DNA of 63,682 nucleotides, the filler included, from Octopus bimaculoides (Eukaryota): the NCBI RefSeq assembly GCF_001194135.2. It is 6 parts of 6 records of this genome, joined end to end, with 100 filler letters (N's around TTAATTAATTAA, not from the genome) between each part and the next. Parts side by side here need not be neighbours in the genome. Positions count along the whole stretch, not along the records: positions 1 to 14,038 come from NC_068984.1; 5 more parts are not named here. One strand, 5' to 3'. The notes beneath the pieces are model-generated. The model made no database searches. It was not told the origin of the DNA and saw nothing but the letters and a program-made list of their open reading frames with translations. The position numbers and the translations under genes are program-made. Positions 1-13,516 of the stretch are shown here, one piece after another. Every line of letters begins with the position of its first letter. Positions within the stretch are counted from its first letter, which is position 1.

Positions 1-220
1 ATATATGTAAAAGCTATAATAAAACCTCTGAGCGAGATATAAACACTAGCAATACGGAATCGTAACATATAATTGCCAACCAAGTGTGGTATCCTATACA
101 GGACAGTGCTACTGACGTTTATATCCCACAGGAAGACATCTCTGGCTAATGACAAACATTCTGTGTCCGTTTAGTATTTGCGAGGGGAGGTCATCGCTCC
201 CATCTCTACCCTTACGTGAT

Positions 221-267
221 ACACAAGGAATCGAGTTTCTGGGTGGTTAACTGTCCTCAGCGTGTGT
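221..267 (-). ncRNA. Degenerate type I hammerhead ribozyme-like motif
   Basis: Minus strand reads ACACACG CUGAGGA CAGUUAACCACCCA GAAA CUCGA UUC CUUGUGU. Both core boxes are present, stem I pairs 6/7, and stem III is one change from the palindrome CUCGAG. Stem II does not pair. Confidence 0.45.
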
Positions 268-469
268 TAATCAGCAGCTAGTGATGAAAGCTCATTCCAT
301 TCGCAAAATACTATATGCTTGTTTCCAGCGACAGACGCGCTGATCTCGAAATGTATGTATGTATGTATGTATGTATGTATGCATGTATGTATGTATATAT
401 GTATGTATGTGGGTGCATGCAGGTATGTGTGTGTATGCATATATATTCATCATGTAACCTCGTGGGCAT

Positions 470-630
470 CGGTACCATTTTCCTCTTTCTCCGTTCTTCC
501 ATTCTCCGAACTTTCCATCTTTCCGACGAAGGGCTACGCCAGAAACGTCATACACTCTCTCTTTCCTTTCCTGAGCGTCCAATAATACTATCCATATCAC
601 GTCCTCACCTTGTTGTTTTTTTGTTTTTTT
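470..630 (+). mobile_element. Penelope-like terminal-repeat fragment with degenerate hammerhead core (523-549)
   Basis: CCGACGA A GGGC UAC GCCA GAAA CG UC resembles the CUGANGA-stem II-GAAACGUC minimal hammerhead. Related pieces lie on the minus strand at about 1466-1500, 29380-29456 and 42565-42650. Confidence 0.45.
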
Positions 631-1427
631 GTTATTGTGTTTTTGAACTATNNNNNNNNNNNNNNNNNNNNNNNNNNNNNNNNNNNNNNNNNNNNNNNNN
701 NNNNNNNNNNNNNNNNNNNNNNNNNNNNNNNNNNNNNNNNNNNNNNNNNNNNNNNNNNNNNNNNNNNNNNNNNNNNNNNNNNNNNNNNNNNNNNNNNNNN
801 NNNNNNNNNNNNNNNNNNNNNNNNNNNNNNNNNNNNNNNNNNNNNNNNNNNNNNNNNNNNNNNNNNNNNNNNNNNNNNNNNNNNNNNNNNNNNNNNNNNN
901 NNNNNNNNNNNNNNNNNNNNNNNNNNNNNNNNNNNNNNNNNNNNNNNNNNNNNNNNNNNNNNNNNNNNNNNNNNNNNNNNNNNNNNNNNNNNNNNNNNNN
1001 NNNNNNNNNNNNNNNNNNNNNNNNNNNNNNNNNNNNNNNNNNNNNNNNNNNNNNNNNNNNNNNNNNNNNNNNNNNNNNNNNNNNNNNNNNNNNNNNNNNN
1101 NNNNNNNNNNNNNNNNNNNNNNNNNNNNNNNNNNNNNNNNNNNNNNNNNNNNNNNNNNNNNNNNNNNNNNNNNNNNNNNNNNNNNNNNNNNNNNNNNNNN
1201 NNNNNNNNNNNNNNNNNNNNNNNNNNNNNNNNNNNNNNNNNNNNNNNNNNNNNNNNNNNNNNNNNNNNNNNNNNNNNNNNNNNNNNNNNNNNNNNNNNNN
1301 NNNNNNNNNNNNNNNNNNNNNNNNNNNNNNNNNNNNNNNNNNNNNNNNNNNNNNNNNNNNNNNNNNNNNNNNNNNNNNNNNNNNNNNNNNNNNNNNNNNN
1401 NNNNNNNNNNNNNNNNNNNNNNNNNNN

Positions 1428-1468
<41 letters not shown>

Positions 1469-2294
1469 TCTTCGTCGGAAAGAATAAGGGAAAAGTTCAA
1501 AGAAGGGAAAGGAATCGCCAACAGAACGTATGTAGCTACATTGCTGAAGTGCCGATAGCACAAAATACAGCATGTAGTTAACAGAGACACAGATACACTA
1601 CGCGTTAGAGAATTACAGAATCAACCAAATCAATTACATTGAGAGATGTTTAGTTTGGCAACAAGTTTGAAATAAGCGAATGTTCTGTATATATACACAT
1701 ACATGCATGTATGTATGAATGTAGAATGTATGTATGTATGTATGTATGTATGTATGGATGTATGTATGCATGCATGCATACATGCATACATGCAAGCATA
1801 TCACTGTAGAAAAATAACCAAAATAAAGGTTGATTGTTTGGTTGTTACATTGGTTGTTTGATTCCTCCAGTCACGCTTTACATCGCAGATAGAGATGGGA
1901 GAGCGAGAGACAATGTAAAAGAAAGATGCAGAGTGCGAGAAAGAGAGAGAAAGGAAGAGAGATGGTGGATATGTGGTATGTGCATGTGTGTGTGTGTGCG
2001 TTTGCATTTCTTTGCTTGTCTGTGAATTTCCTATATATGTAATCAACACAGAGTAATTTGTAATTATTGAATAATGTTCTGTTTAATTTATATTTTAAGG
2101 CAATGCATATTTTTCTTCCCAAATTTTTTTCTTCCCCAAATTTGTGTACATTTCATCCTTCATAAGTATTTACGAAACATAATTTATATGCATGATGCAT
2201 AAGCAACGAGGAATCTGATAAAAGACTCTTGATATTACCCATGGTGGCAGAATTATACTATCAGGTATCTAACACTCCAGTACATATACACACA

Positions 2295-2359
<65 letters not shown>

Positions 2360-2987
2360 GCGTGTGTGATCGTGTTCATATATGCATACATACATACCTA
2401 CGCACACACACATATATATCTGTATATATACGCGCATCGGTATAAGGATACATACATGCATACGTATACTAACTATTCCTGGGGAAAAAAAAAAGAAATA
2501 ATTATCTGAATAGTTTACCGAGGTTTAAGCTCTGGCTAGTCATTAATCGCCCTAATGTGCTACATATCTACGTAATTACAAACAGCTCCCTTATATTAAT
2601 TTAGAATACACACAAATATGCGTCTATGAGTGTGTGCGTGTGTGTGTGTCTGTGTGTGTGTGCGTGTGTGTGTGCGTGTGTGATGTGCTGCGATTAGAAA
2701 ACTCTGTCGAATAGTAATTGCTTCTCAATGTACGACTGTTCGTCACAGTTTCAATCTTTGCTTGCAGCAATTTAGTTTAATTGGTATTTCTGTTTCTTCT
2801 CAATTATGTCGAGAAGAAAGTTAAACCCTCTCTTTTTCCAGCAATTAATATCTTGCGATTAATAAGAATTTCGTGTTCGCTTCCATATGTACAGGTATTC
2901 ATGCATACATGCAAACGCACGCTGGATTTGCCAAGAATTTGTAAATTAAATACAGCAGAGAATACAGTATGCTTAAGCCTAATTCCA

Positions 2988-3043
<56 letters not shown>

Positions 3044-6000
3044 NNNNNNNNNNNNNNNNNNNNNNNNNNNNNNNNNNNNNNNNNNNNNNNNNNNNNNNNN
3101 NNNNNNNNNNNNNNNNNNNNNNNNNNNNNNNNNNNNNNNNNNNNNNNNNNNNNNNNNNNNNNNNNNNNNNNNNNNNNNNNNNNNNNNNNNNNNNNNNNNN
3201 NNNNNNNNNNNNNNNNNNNNNNNNNNNNNNNNNNNNNNNNNNNNNNNNNNNNNNNNNNNNNNNNNNNNNNNNNNNNNNNNNNNNNNNNNNNNNNNNNNNN
3301 NNNNNNNNNNNNNNNNNNNNNNNNNNNNNNNNNNNNNNNNNNNNNNNNNNNNNNNNNNNNNNNNNNNNNNNNNNNNNNNNNNNNNNNNNNNNNNNNNNNN
3401 NNNNNNNNNNNNNNNNNNNNNNNNNNNNNNNNNNNNNNNNNNNNNNNNNNNNNNNNNNNNNNNNNNNNNNNNNNNNNNNNNNNNNNNNNNNNNNNNNNNN
3501 NNNNNNNNNNNNNNNNNNNNNNNNNNNNNNNNNNNNNNNNNNNNNNNNNNNNNNNNNNNNNNNNNNNNNNNNNNNNNNNNNNNNNNNNNNNNNNNNNNNN
3601 NNNNNNNNNNNNNNNNNNNNNNNNNNNNNGGTATATTCTGATGTCATAAGAATTTAGAATCTTAGAGAGAAAAGAGAGTAAAGGAAATATTTCTTTTTTT
3701 GAAACGGTGAAATTCGAAGCAGATTAAGCTATAAATACAGGCGTGCAAATGTTGCATTAAAAAAACCCTTTGGATTGAAAATGTCAATGGCTGCTCGTGT
3801 GAATCGAACTCTCATTTTTTGTAATCATGACATTTGTTCTAGTATTGAACCAAAATAAACTTTTGAATTTCTGTAACCATTTTATAAACTTTAGCTTACC
3901 CGAGAACTATACATATACATATTATATAAATTCACAAAAATACCTACCGAATCCTTTTGACAAACCTTTGACTATACGGTTTGATTACAGATTGCGGGTT
4001 AACAATTTTGTCTTCTTATTTCCTGGAACTACAACATCTGGCAATTGTGCCTGCTACTTTAGTTACTGAAATGAAAATCTTACAAAGATTTAGTTAAACA
4101 CCGCAATGATGGTAACTGAAAGAACAATGAATGTCTGAGACGCAACGAATGTTTTTTGAACAATATACAAAGGAGACAGTTTGTCTGTATTACTGTTTAT
4201 TTTGGTACTAAATCGACTCTCATCTCTTTAAAATTTCCTTCGCTTATTTTAGATTCTACATCGTAAAACACAAATGCAACCCATCATTTCTCTTTTGACT
4301 GCCTAAGATCTATACCGACATATTTACACTGCCGTGGAACAGCTGGAATTAATAGCATTTTCTGCTGATATACGGATGTAAGAAGCGTTGACAATGGATA
4401 GTTGAACGAGGAAAAACACTTCCCAGTTCACAACTTTTAACACTAATGTTGTCTCAGTCCTCATATTTTCACAAATGCTAACTACTCATACCTAGACATA
4501 GATTAAATCTATCTAGAGATGATATGATAATAAATAAAATGATCAATAAATTTTATAAAATACTTTATTCAAACGGCAGCCGGAGCTTTTCAATTATAGC
4601 AACAAAAGTCGGGTATAACGTTCTAGCTGCAACAATTCACTCTATAATATATAGGAAAGGCTGCTCTACGACAAATATAGAATAAATTTATGGTATTCAG
4701 TACAAGATAATTTATGTTATCCAAATATCCCATCATAGTCTTAAGTAATATAATCACAACGATTGACACAATTGTTTTGGAACAGAAAACAGATACGATG
4801 CAATATTACAAAGACTAGTTTCTAGTGGATGTTATTATTTTCTTCGAAGTGAATGAGAAAACGAGCATTTGTAAACACCTGCGCCAAAACCTACAACTTA
4901 TCTTCCAAAATAATTGATTAACATATGTACCCACTGTCATTGGCGCACTTCATTATAATAATAAATGTTGAATATTTTAATCAACAAACGTTGAAGTTTG
5001 CCGCCAAGAGACCAGCTGTGATGCACGCTGGAATCGTATAAAATATTTATAAAATTTAGTATATAACTATGTCCACTCCACTTATCTAAATTTTATCGAT
5101 AAAACTTCATTTCTTAGTCTTTCTTTATATATACATATTTCTTCAGTCATACATGCAGGCAAACATACATACAAAATTGTTAACACAAAATACTAGATTC
5201 TCTTGAAAACGTGATAGACACATTACATCTCAGCTAGAATGCTACATCTGGTAAAAGAGAGTACTGCGAAATATCTGATCAACAAGAGAAATAAGAATGC
5301 TTCTAAACTTTCACTTGCAATAAAAAATGTCAATTTTGAACAACTAGTGTCGAAAATATCCAAATCACCAGATACTGCCTTCACATGAAACACCACTTCG
5401 TAGTTGAAGCCACTTTCAATGTTATACTTATGAAAGAAAGTGTACAAAGACTCGAAACCGAGTTGCCAGAGTGTGAAATCAAAATCACAGCATAAGAACA
5501 TCTTGTTCATATGTGGGGGCTGAATTATGGACCTGTAAGTAGTCAGACATCACGTAATAAATCATTCTAGATCCCTCTGTAAGGTCCCCGTACAAGTGTT
5601 ATAAATAGGAAAGTTTTAGCGCCAATTTTGCATTGTGTCGAAGACGAACAAGCGTAATGTCAACACTCTTGCCAAGTTTATTTGCGTAGAGACCAACCCA
5701 ATTTATTTTCACACGTCTCACATCTTGCCATAGTGTGTGCTACCCGCAGATTAGCTTCACCCACCATCTTGCCGTTATAATAGTCGTTTACACGTTTCCT
5801 AGTCAACATTGGTATATCGTTATAGTTGGCCGATATTAACCCGATCTGTACACTTTCTCCTATCTAAGCAAGCATAAGTACAGAGCGTTTGTAAATCAAC
5901 TATTTGTGAATGCTACAGATTCCTTCTTTCCATTGTGTTGATTTGTTATCGCAGCTTTCTAATTCATTCATGACCAGCCGAAAACTTACTTGTACGGTGA

Positions 6001-7685
6001 AATAGCAGTTACTATTAAATGCTCGTGATGTAATGTATCATTTACACGCAGCCACAGGCAAACTCCCTTTGTGATGGCCACCAAAGGCTCACCAGAAATA
6101 GTGTACTAGCAGAGCACTTCGATAAAATCAACAGCCAAGCCTAAACACAATTGAACTGATATTGTTTTATGGGACAGGGAGCAACAACCATATACATTTG
6201 TACTGACCAAGCATTCATGAAAGAAGCTAGTGTAGCAGTCTGCTGTAGTTTTTAGTTCTCAATGTTTGTAGCTGAAACTTACAAGATGGGTATGGACAGA
6301 GTCGTTTAATAATCGATCTAATCCACTAGAGACGTAAAATCAAAGTAACTAGAACCAAACCACAACAGGCTTCATTTTTGACAAAAACTGCTCAAGAATC
6401 TACTAAGTAAAAGTCCAAGGTGACAAGTAAGGACTTCATTTAAATCACTTGATACTAAGATTTGACAATGTCTAGATGTAACCGTAAACAGCCAGTTGGC
6501 ATAAGTAAAATATATATTCACTGTATGGAACAGAGTTGCAAATAGGCTTGAACGGGTAAAATGAATTCCCGGGAAGCTGGATACAGAAGGAAACGGCACC
6601 GCCTACAAATTACAAATTTGAATCTTTACGAAGTACGCCTGTCTATCCTGGAATTAAATAGAATGCTCAACTAATTCAGTGCAATCCAAAAGAAAGCTGT
6701 CACTGTAAGGGTAGGTGATGTTGTTGATTCTACGAATAGATCATTATCGTCCGTTTCCGTCACAAGTGATTGTTTGATGCACTAGCAGTGCTCAATACAA
6801 TAAACAAGCCACGACTCATGATAATTTAGGGAAATATATAAAGTCGTTGTTTTCTGAAGTCTGATGCATTTATTCTGTAATCTCAGCAGCACAAGGTGTC
6901 AAGGTGTCAGATATCTGCTCTCTTCTATCACAGTAAGAAGAAACGTTCAAGCCGAAGGTAATATATCACTGAAATGCAGTGAAGCAGTAATTAAAACATT
7001 TGAAGCATATTTTAGCACAAATGCCTATCTACGTTATTGTATTGAAATGTATGCAATAAGGTTTAAAATATTTCAGTAATTTTTGTGTAATATTAGTTCA
7101 GTAAACCCAAGCAAACAAGCAAAAACGAGGTAGATGAAAAAAAAACAATTGAATTTAAGGAACGAAGGATGAAAAATGGTAGGCATAATTTACTCAATTA
7201 AAATGTCAGATATAAAAAGAAAAAAGAAAGTATGGATGGATTAGATACCTAATACAAGAAAAATATGCTTCACTGAATTCTCAGTATAAAACGAAACATA
7301 TTTTAATAGCCGAATCTTGGCAAAATGGTTTGACTTAAATATTCAATTTATCATACAGTGCACCGAATTATAAGAGACATTTTGGCTAAAGTTACCTATG
7401 TATGTATGTATGTATGTATGTACGTACCTATGAATAGAATGCCAACTGACTGGCTGGCTGGCTGNNNNNNNNNNNNNNNNNNNNNNNNNNNNNNNNNNNN
7501 NNNNNNNNNNNNNNNNNNNNNNNNNNNNNNNNNNNNNNNNNNNNNNNNNNNNNNNNNNNNNNNNNNNNNNNNNNNNNNNNNNNNNNNNNNNNNNNNNNNN
7601 NNNNNNNNNNNNNNNNNNNNNNNNNNNNNNNNNNNNNNNNNNNNNNNNNNNNNNNNNNNNNNNNNNNNNNNNNNNNNNNNNNNNN

Positions 7686-7724
<39 letters not shown>

Positions 7725-8434
7725 TTCAAATAGATATATATAAACCCCCGCGCGCGCAGACACACAAATGCACACACATACACACACACACACACGCAAT
7801 CACGCATACACACACACACTCGCACGCACACACACACACACATATATACATATGCAACCATGCCTAGAAAGAATGCTTATAAATTAAAGGAATAAATATA
7901 CATGCATACGCAAACATACAGTGTGCGTGCATATCTATTTGGTGGGCCTATGTATGCGTAAGAACTGCATGCACTTTTTTATGTCCCATTATATCAATGC
8001 GCATCTTTTATATTTGCGCATGCGTGAAATATGAATTTTGATTCGCTTTCTTACGTTATATATTAAAAATTTATCTTCTACATTTTATTGATCCTTTCCT
8101 AGCGCTTAACTGTTTGCGATGATTTGTTTATCTTCCATTTTGTATTTTATTATGTATTTGGTAAATCGCTTGGAAAATCTTTCCTAATTTGCTTGTATTT
8201 CTATTACTTTTCGTTATTTTGCTTATCTACCATCAGTTCCCTGTTATAACAATCATATATAAATCGTATATATTTTACTTACCAACAATCTTTCCATGTC
8301 ATAATTTGCTTCATGCATACTGCATACACAGCACTGCATAAGTATACGCTCGCATATGCATATACATGCAGGGAACTATACACGCACAAGCATGTACGTA
8401 ACATGTATGCATGTATACATACATACATACATAC

Positions 8435-8471
<37 letters not shown>

Positions 8472-8918
8472 NNNNNNNNNNNNNNNNNNNNNNNNNNNNN
8501 NNNNNNNNNNNNNNNNNNNNNNNNNNNNNNNNNNNNNNNNNNNNNNNNNNNNNNNNNNNNNNNNNNNNNNNNNNNNNNNNNNNNNNNNNNNNNNNNNNNN
8601 NNNNNNNNNNNNNNNNNNNNNNNNNNNNNNNNNNNNNNNNNNNNNNNNNNNNNNNNNNNNNNNNNNNNNNNNNNNNNNNNNNNNNNNNNNNNNNNNNNNN
8701 NNNNNNNNNNNNNNNNNNNNNNNNNNNNNNNNNNNNNNNNNNNNNNNNNNNNNNNNNNNNNNNNNNNNNNNNNNNNNNNNNNNNNNNNNNNNNNNNNNNN
8801 NNNNNNNNNNNNNNNNNNNNNNNNNNNNNNNNNNNNNNNNNNNNNNNNNNNNNNNNNNNNNNNNNNNNNNNNNNNNNNNNNNNNNNNNNNNNNNNNNNNN
8901 NNNNNNNNNNNNNNNNNN

Positions 8919-8956
<38 letters not shown>

Positions 8957-9342
8957 TACATACATACATACACACATGCACATGACCACACATAGAGACG
9001 CAAACACGTACACCTACACGCACACATATGTACTAACTTCATTATTATGTATCTTTTCATTTATTCAGATTTAATTCGTGCCCTGTCTTTGCAGAACAAT
9101 AGAATAAGCTTACAATTGTCAAGAGTTTTTACATTCTAAGTTCGGTCTTAGATTTTTGCATATTTTCGATCGGGTGCAAATGAATTTCGAGCGTCAGAAC
9201 AATGAAATTTGTCACCTCCTGCATATGCAAACAAAACTTCTTTGTTTCAACTCATTCACTGTTACTCTCGTCCCTCCCCCTCCTTACGATTGTGTCCTTT
9301 CTCAGTCTTTCTCTTTCTCTTCATTTCTCCCTATGTATACTT

Positions 9343-9560
9343 TTTTACTCTTTTACTTGTTTTAGTCTTTTGACTGTGGCCATGCTAGAGCACCGCCTTT
9401 AGTCGAGCAAATCGCCCCCAGGACTTATTCGTTGGAAGCCTAGTACTTATTCTATCGGTCTGTTTTGCCGAACTACTAATGTTACGGGGACGTAAATACA
9501 CCAGCATCGGGTGTCAAGCGATGTTGGGGGGACGAACACAGACACACAAACACATACACA
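9343..9560 (-). mobile_element. SINE family B, 3' half
   Basis: Matches the 3' half of the full copy at 17367-17747 (CCATGCTAGAGCACCGCCTTTAGTCGAGCAAATCG...TACTTATTCTATCGG). The 5' part runs into a gap. Confidence 0.85.
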
Positions 9561-9567
9561 CATACAC

Positions 9568-9602
<35 letters not shown>

Positions 9603-10039
9603 TANNNNNNNNNNNNNNNNNNNNNNNNNNNNNNNNNNNNNNNNNNNNNNNNNNNNNNNNNNNNNNNNNNNNNNNNNNNNNNNNNNNNNNNNNNNNNNNN
9701 NNNNNNNNNNNNNNNNNNNNNNNNNNNNNNNNNNNNNNNNNNNNNNNNNNNNNNNNNNNNNNNNNNNNNNNNNNNNNNNNNNNNNNNNNNNNNNNNNNNN
9801 NNNNNNNNNNNNNNNNNNNNNNNNNNNNNNNNNNNNNNNNNNNNNNNNNNNNNNNNNNNNNNNNNNNNNNNNNNNNNNNNNNNNNNNNNNNNNNNNNNNN
9901 NNNNNNNNNNNNNNNNNNNNNNNNNNNNNNNNNNNNNNNNNNNNNNNNNNNNNNNNNNNNNNNNNNNNNNNNNNNNNNNNNNNNNNNNNNNNNNNNNNNN
10001 NNNNNNNNNNNNNNNNNNNNNNNNNNNNNNNNNNNNNNN

Positions 10040-10899
10040 ACGCAAAAATGATAACACTGAGATCTCATTTTAAGAGATATATTTACCAAAATTTTATTAA
10101 AATATCTTGAAATACTAAAGAATAAATTTATGCAATAAAATCACCATTGGTTTCAACCACGGTCTCCAGACGACTTCGGGTTCTCCTGCAACTCTTCTGG
10201 ACGGCCTCCTTGTTTAAGTTTGGGAATTCTGCCATAATTCATGCAATCAGTATTCCTTTGATGTTACAAAGAGTTTTGTTGGTCTCTCGCTCAGCTGGTC
10301 CCACACATAATCATCAAATGGATTGCAATCTGGAGAGTTAGGTGGTCAAATGTTAGGGGTGATGTGATGGCAGAAATTGTCTGACAGCGATGACTGGGTT
10401 CTCCTGCTTGTGTGAGATGGTTCAGAGTCCTGATGCCAGAAATAGGTCCTTCCAGCTGTCACCCTCTTGATCCAGGACAGCACTACCTTCTCCATGTACT
10501 TGATGTAGGCCTCCGTGTTGATTCTGAGCCCGTGTGCAAAAATGAATGGAGTCATAACGTCACCATCACTACTGATCACTCGAAGCACCATGATGCTGAC
10601 TGGATGTTTGATTTTTATCATTTTCGGTACATGTCCTCAGATTGCACTATCCAGATCGACACCCAAACACTCTGAAATGTTCCACCAAAACACTCTGATA
10701 TGGAGCTTCCGGTGCGAATGCTAAGTAGTACAGCATATCGTTTCCATAATTCTGGCGGAGCAGATTGCGTCATGATGCTGTTTTCCTCACAGACGGTGCC
10801 CATCTGCCCTACTATGCTGTGTAGTCGACAAAATCAATAACAAACTATGCGCATGTGCGAAATTAATATATATGACGACAATTTACCCATCGCATCCTG
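10040..10899 (-). mobile_element. maT/DD37D-like (Tc1/mariner superfamily) transposon, internally deleted and frameshifted
   Basis: Minus translation gives KHPVSIMVLRVISSDGDVMTPFIFAHGLRINTEAYIK...WHQDSEPSHTSRRTQ...PNI*PPNSPDCNPFDDYVWD, a catalytic-domain signature. The right terminus CAGGATGCGATGGGTAAATTGTCG abuts TA (10900-10901). The left terminus is lost in a gap. Confidence 0.85.
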
Positions 10900-11015
10900 T
10901 ATATAATTTTAGATAGAGTTTGTATATGAGTACGTATGCGTACGTATACATATATATTATATATACGTATGTATGCATGCATGTATCTAACTATCTACAT
11001 GTGCACACACACACA

Positions 11016-11084
<69 letters not shown>

Positions 11085-12389
11085 ATTTAGATAGATAGAT
11101 AGATAGATAGATAGACATGTATATGTATATACATTAATGCACATATACATACAAAAGAATTACAATAAACACAATATATATTACTAATATTTGTTACTAA
11201 ATACGTTTTACCGTCGAGTTTGTTTTTTAAATAAGCATTGGATTTCCTAGAGTAATTGAATATTTAAACACAGCGGATCATCAGGGAGCACTTTATTGCA
11301 TTATGCTACAGTGAATTAATATCTAGCGCTGGGTAGAAAGCGAAAATTTTATATGTATTTTGAGAGGGAAATAGAAAAAAAACAGTTGATGGAAAAAGAT
11401 TAACAGGGACGAATAAACAAGAGAAAAGGGAGAGAAAGTGAAAAGGGAAAAGAGTAACAAAGGACAAAATGTAGATCCAAGATCTACATTTGATCAACAT
11501 GTAGACAAAATGTAGATCAAAGAAAGGAATAGAGAGAGAAAAAGAAGAGAGAAAAAGAAGAGAGACAAATGGGAAGAAAAACCAGCATTAAGTAAAGACA
11601 GTCACAAGGTAAGAAAGGAAGATCAAAAGACAAAAGGGAAAAAGGAAAGAAAGAAAGTAAGCTGGACAACCAAAAATGGGATAAGCATATATATATACAA
11701 ATAAAAGTCGCACAGATGAAAAATATAGCAATTAAGATTCAGAAGCAAGGAAGATACAAATAAGGAAATAATATTTCAGTCATGCAACACATGCGGTGGT
11801 AAAGCGTAGAAACTTCAACAATAGCGAATGTGTGTGCAATGAAATTAAGTATACCATACAAAGAAACAGAAGTGAAACCAATGTTTTGGGTTACACTGCT
11901 ATGAAAGCGAAAGAAAATGAATAAGGGTGAGAAGCGAAATATATATTTATGACATCTCTTTACACTTAGCCTGCAACTAAACACATGTAGTTAATTAGGT
12001 ATCGGTTCCTTTTCTTTTCCTTTATCATTTCTTTCAATTCTTGTCCTTATTTTTATAGCATCATAAATAACATCACCTGAAAACGTACAATTTTCTTTGT
12101 TTCTTTCGTTGATGTATTTGTTTTTTAATTGCAGGTATTTTTGTATCGCACTTGTTTAGTTTCACATTTCTGTAGTTTTTGTAATGTTCTTTTCTTGTTC
12201 TTTTTTCTTTCATTAGGTATGCATTTTTCATGTGTAGTTCATTGACAACTAAGTATTAGCTTTTGATCTAAAACACCTATCTTTGTTTCAATTTCCAGCC
12301 TGATATTATGTTAACTCATTTTCTTCCCTTTCTAGATATCTTGGCTCATTTCCCACTATGAATCCTATTTCATATATCTACTACATAGG

Positions 12390-12430
<41 letters not shown>

Positions 12431-13415
12431 CTCACACCTTGATATTGTTGGGACTAACCCCTTATATCAAATAAAGTGTTCTCGATTACTGCATGCAAAT
12501 TAGTAGCTCCAGTTTTCTGTAGTTACTGGCATTGTTAAATATATAAACAGATTGATTATTTCTTTCTCTGTGGTCGGTGAAAATNNNNNNNNNNNNNNNN
12601 NNNNNNNNNNNNNNNNNNNNNNNNNNNNNNNNNNNNNNNNNNNNNNNNNNNNNNNNNNNNNNNNNNNNNNNNNNNNNNNNNNNNNNNNNNNNNNNNNNNN
12701 NNNNNNNNNNNNNNNNNNNNNNNNNNNNNNNNNNNNNNNNNNNNNNNNNNNNNNNNNNNNNNNNNNNNNNNNNNNNNNNNNNNNNNNNNNNNNNNNNNNN
12801 NNNNNNNNNNNNNNNNNNNNNNNNNNNNNNNNNNNNNNNNNNNNNNNNNNNNNNNNNNNNNNNNNNNNNNNNNNNNNNNNNNNNNNNNNNNNNNNNNNNN
12901 NNNNNNNNNNNNNNNNNNNNNNNNNNNNNNNNNNNNNNNNNNNNNNNNNNNNNNNNNNNNNNNNNNNNNNNNNNNNNNNNNNNNNNNNNNNNNNNNNNNN
13001 NNNNNNNNNNNNNNNNNNNNNNNNNNNNNNNNNNNNNNNNNNNNNNNNNNNNNNNNNNNNNNNNNNNNNNNNNNNNNNNNNNNNNNNNNNNNNNNNNNNN
13101 NNNNNNNNNNNNNNNNNNNNNNNNNNNNNNNNNNNNNNNNNNNNNNNNNNNNNNNNNNNNNNNNNNNNNNNNNNNNNNNNNNNNNNNNNNNNNNNNNNNN
13201 NNNNNNNNNNNNNNNNNNNNNNNNNNNNNNNNNNNNNNNNNNNNNNCAAGTAAAAAATAACTCGGATAAAATAAATTGGTTAATAGATACCGGGGTAGCA
13301 AAGATCACAAAATAACCGTGGTGTAACTCCTGTTTATGAGGTAGAAACTCCTTGATATTTAGGATATTTGAGTATATATAAATTTAAAGAGTGGAGTAAA
13401 CGCATATTATAACTG

Positions 13416-13516
13416 CATACTTTTATTCCGACATATGTTTCGAAGAATTACAATTTATGCGATCCATAGGAATCGGCGATGTTAAAAATGTAAACTTCTC
13501 CTCAGGGAAAAGTATG
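13416..13516 (-). ncRNA. Type I hammerhead ribozyme, apparently intact (predicted GUC cleavage between 13430 and 13429)
   Basis: RNA reads CAUACUUUUCC CUGAGGA GAAG-(49 nt)-CUUC GAAA CAUAUG UC GGAAUAAAAGUAUG. The core is perfect, stem I is 11 bp with a 3-nt bulge, stem II is extended by UUACA/UGUAA and a CGAUUCC/GGAUCG hairpin, and stem III is the palindrome ACAUAUGU. Confidence 0.85.

Noticed and set aside
3737-6641. ACAGGCGTGC / GTACGCCTGT as possible hAT TIRs around the complex block
   Set aside because: Only a 9/10 match, and the flanks show no 8-bp target-site duplication.
11278-11284. Isolated CUGANGA boxes (also 15964, 17184, 37592-37598, 43526-43532, 45625-45641, 48256)
   Set aside because: No paired stem II followed by GAAA and UH; expected by chance.
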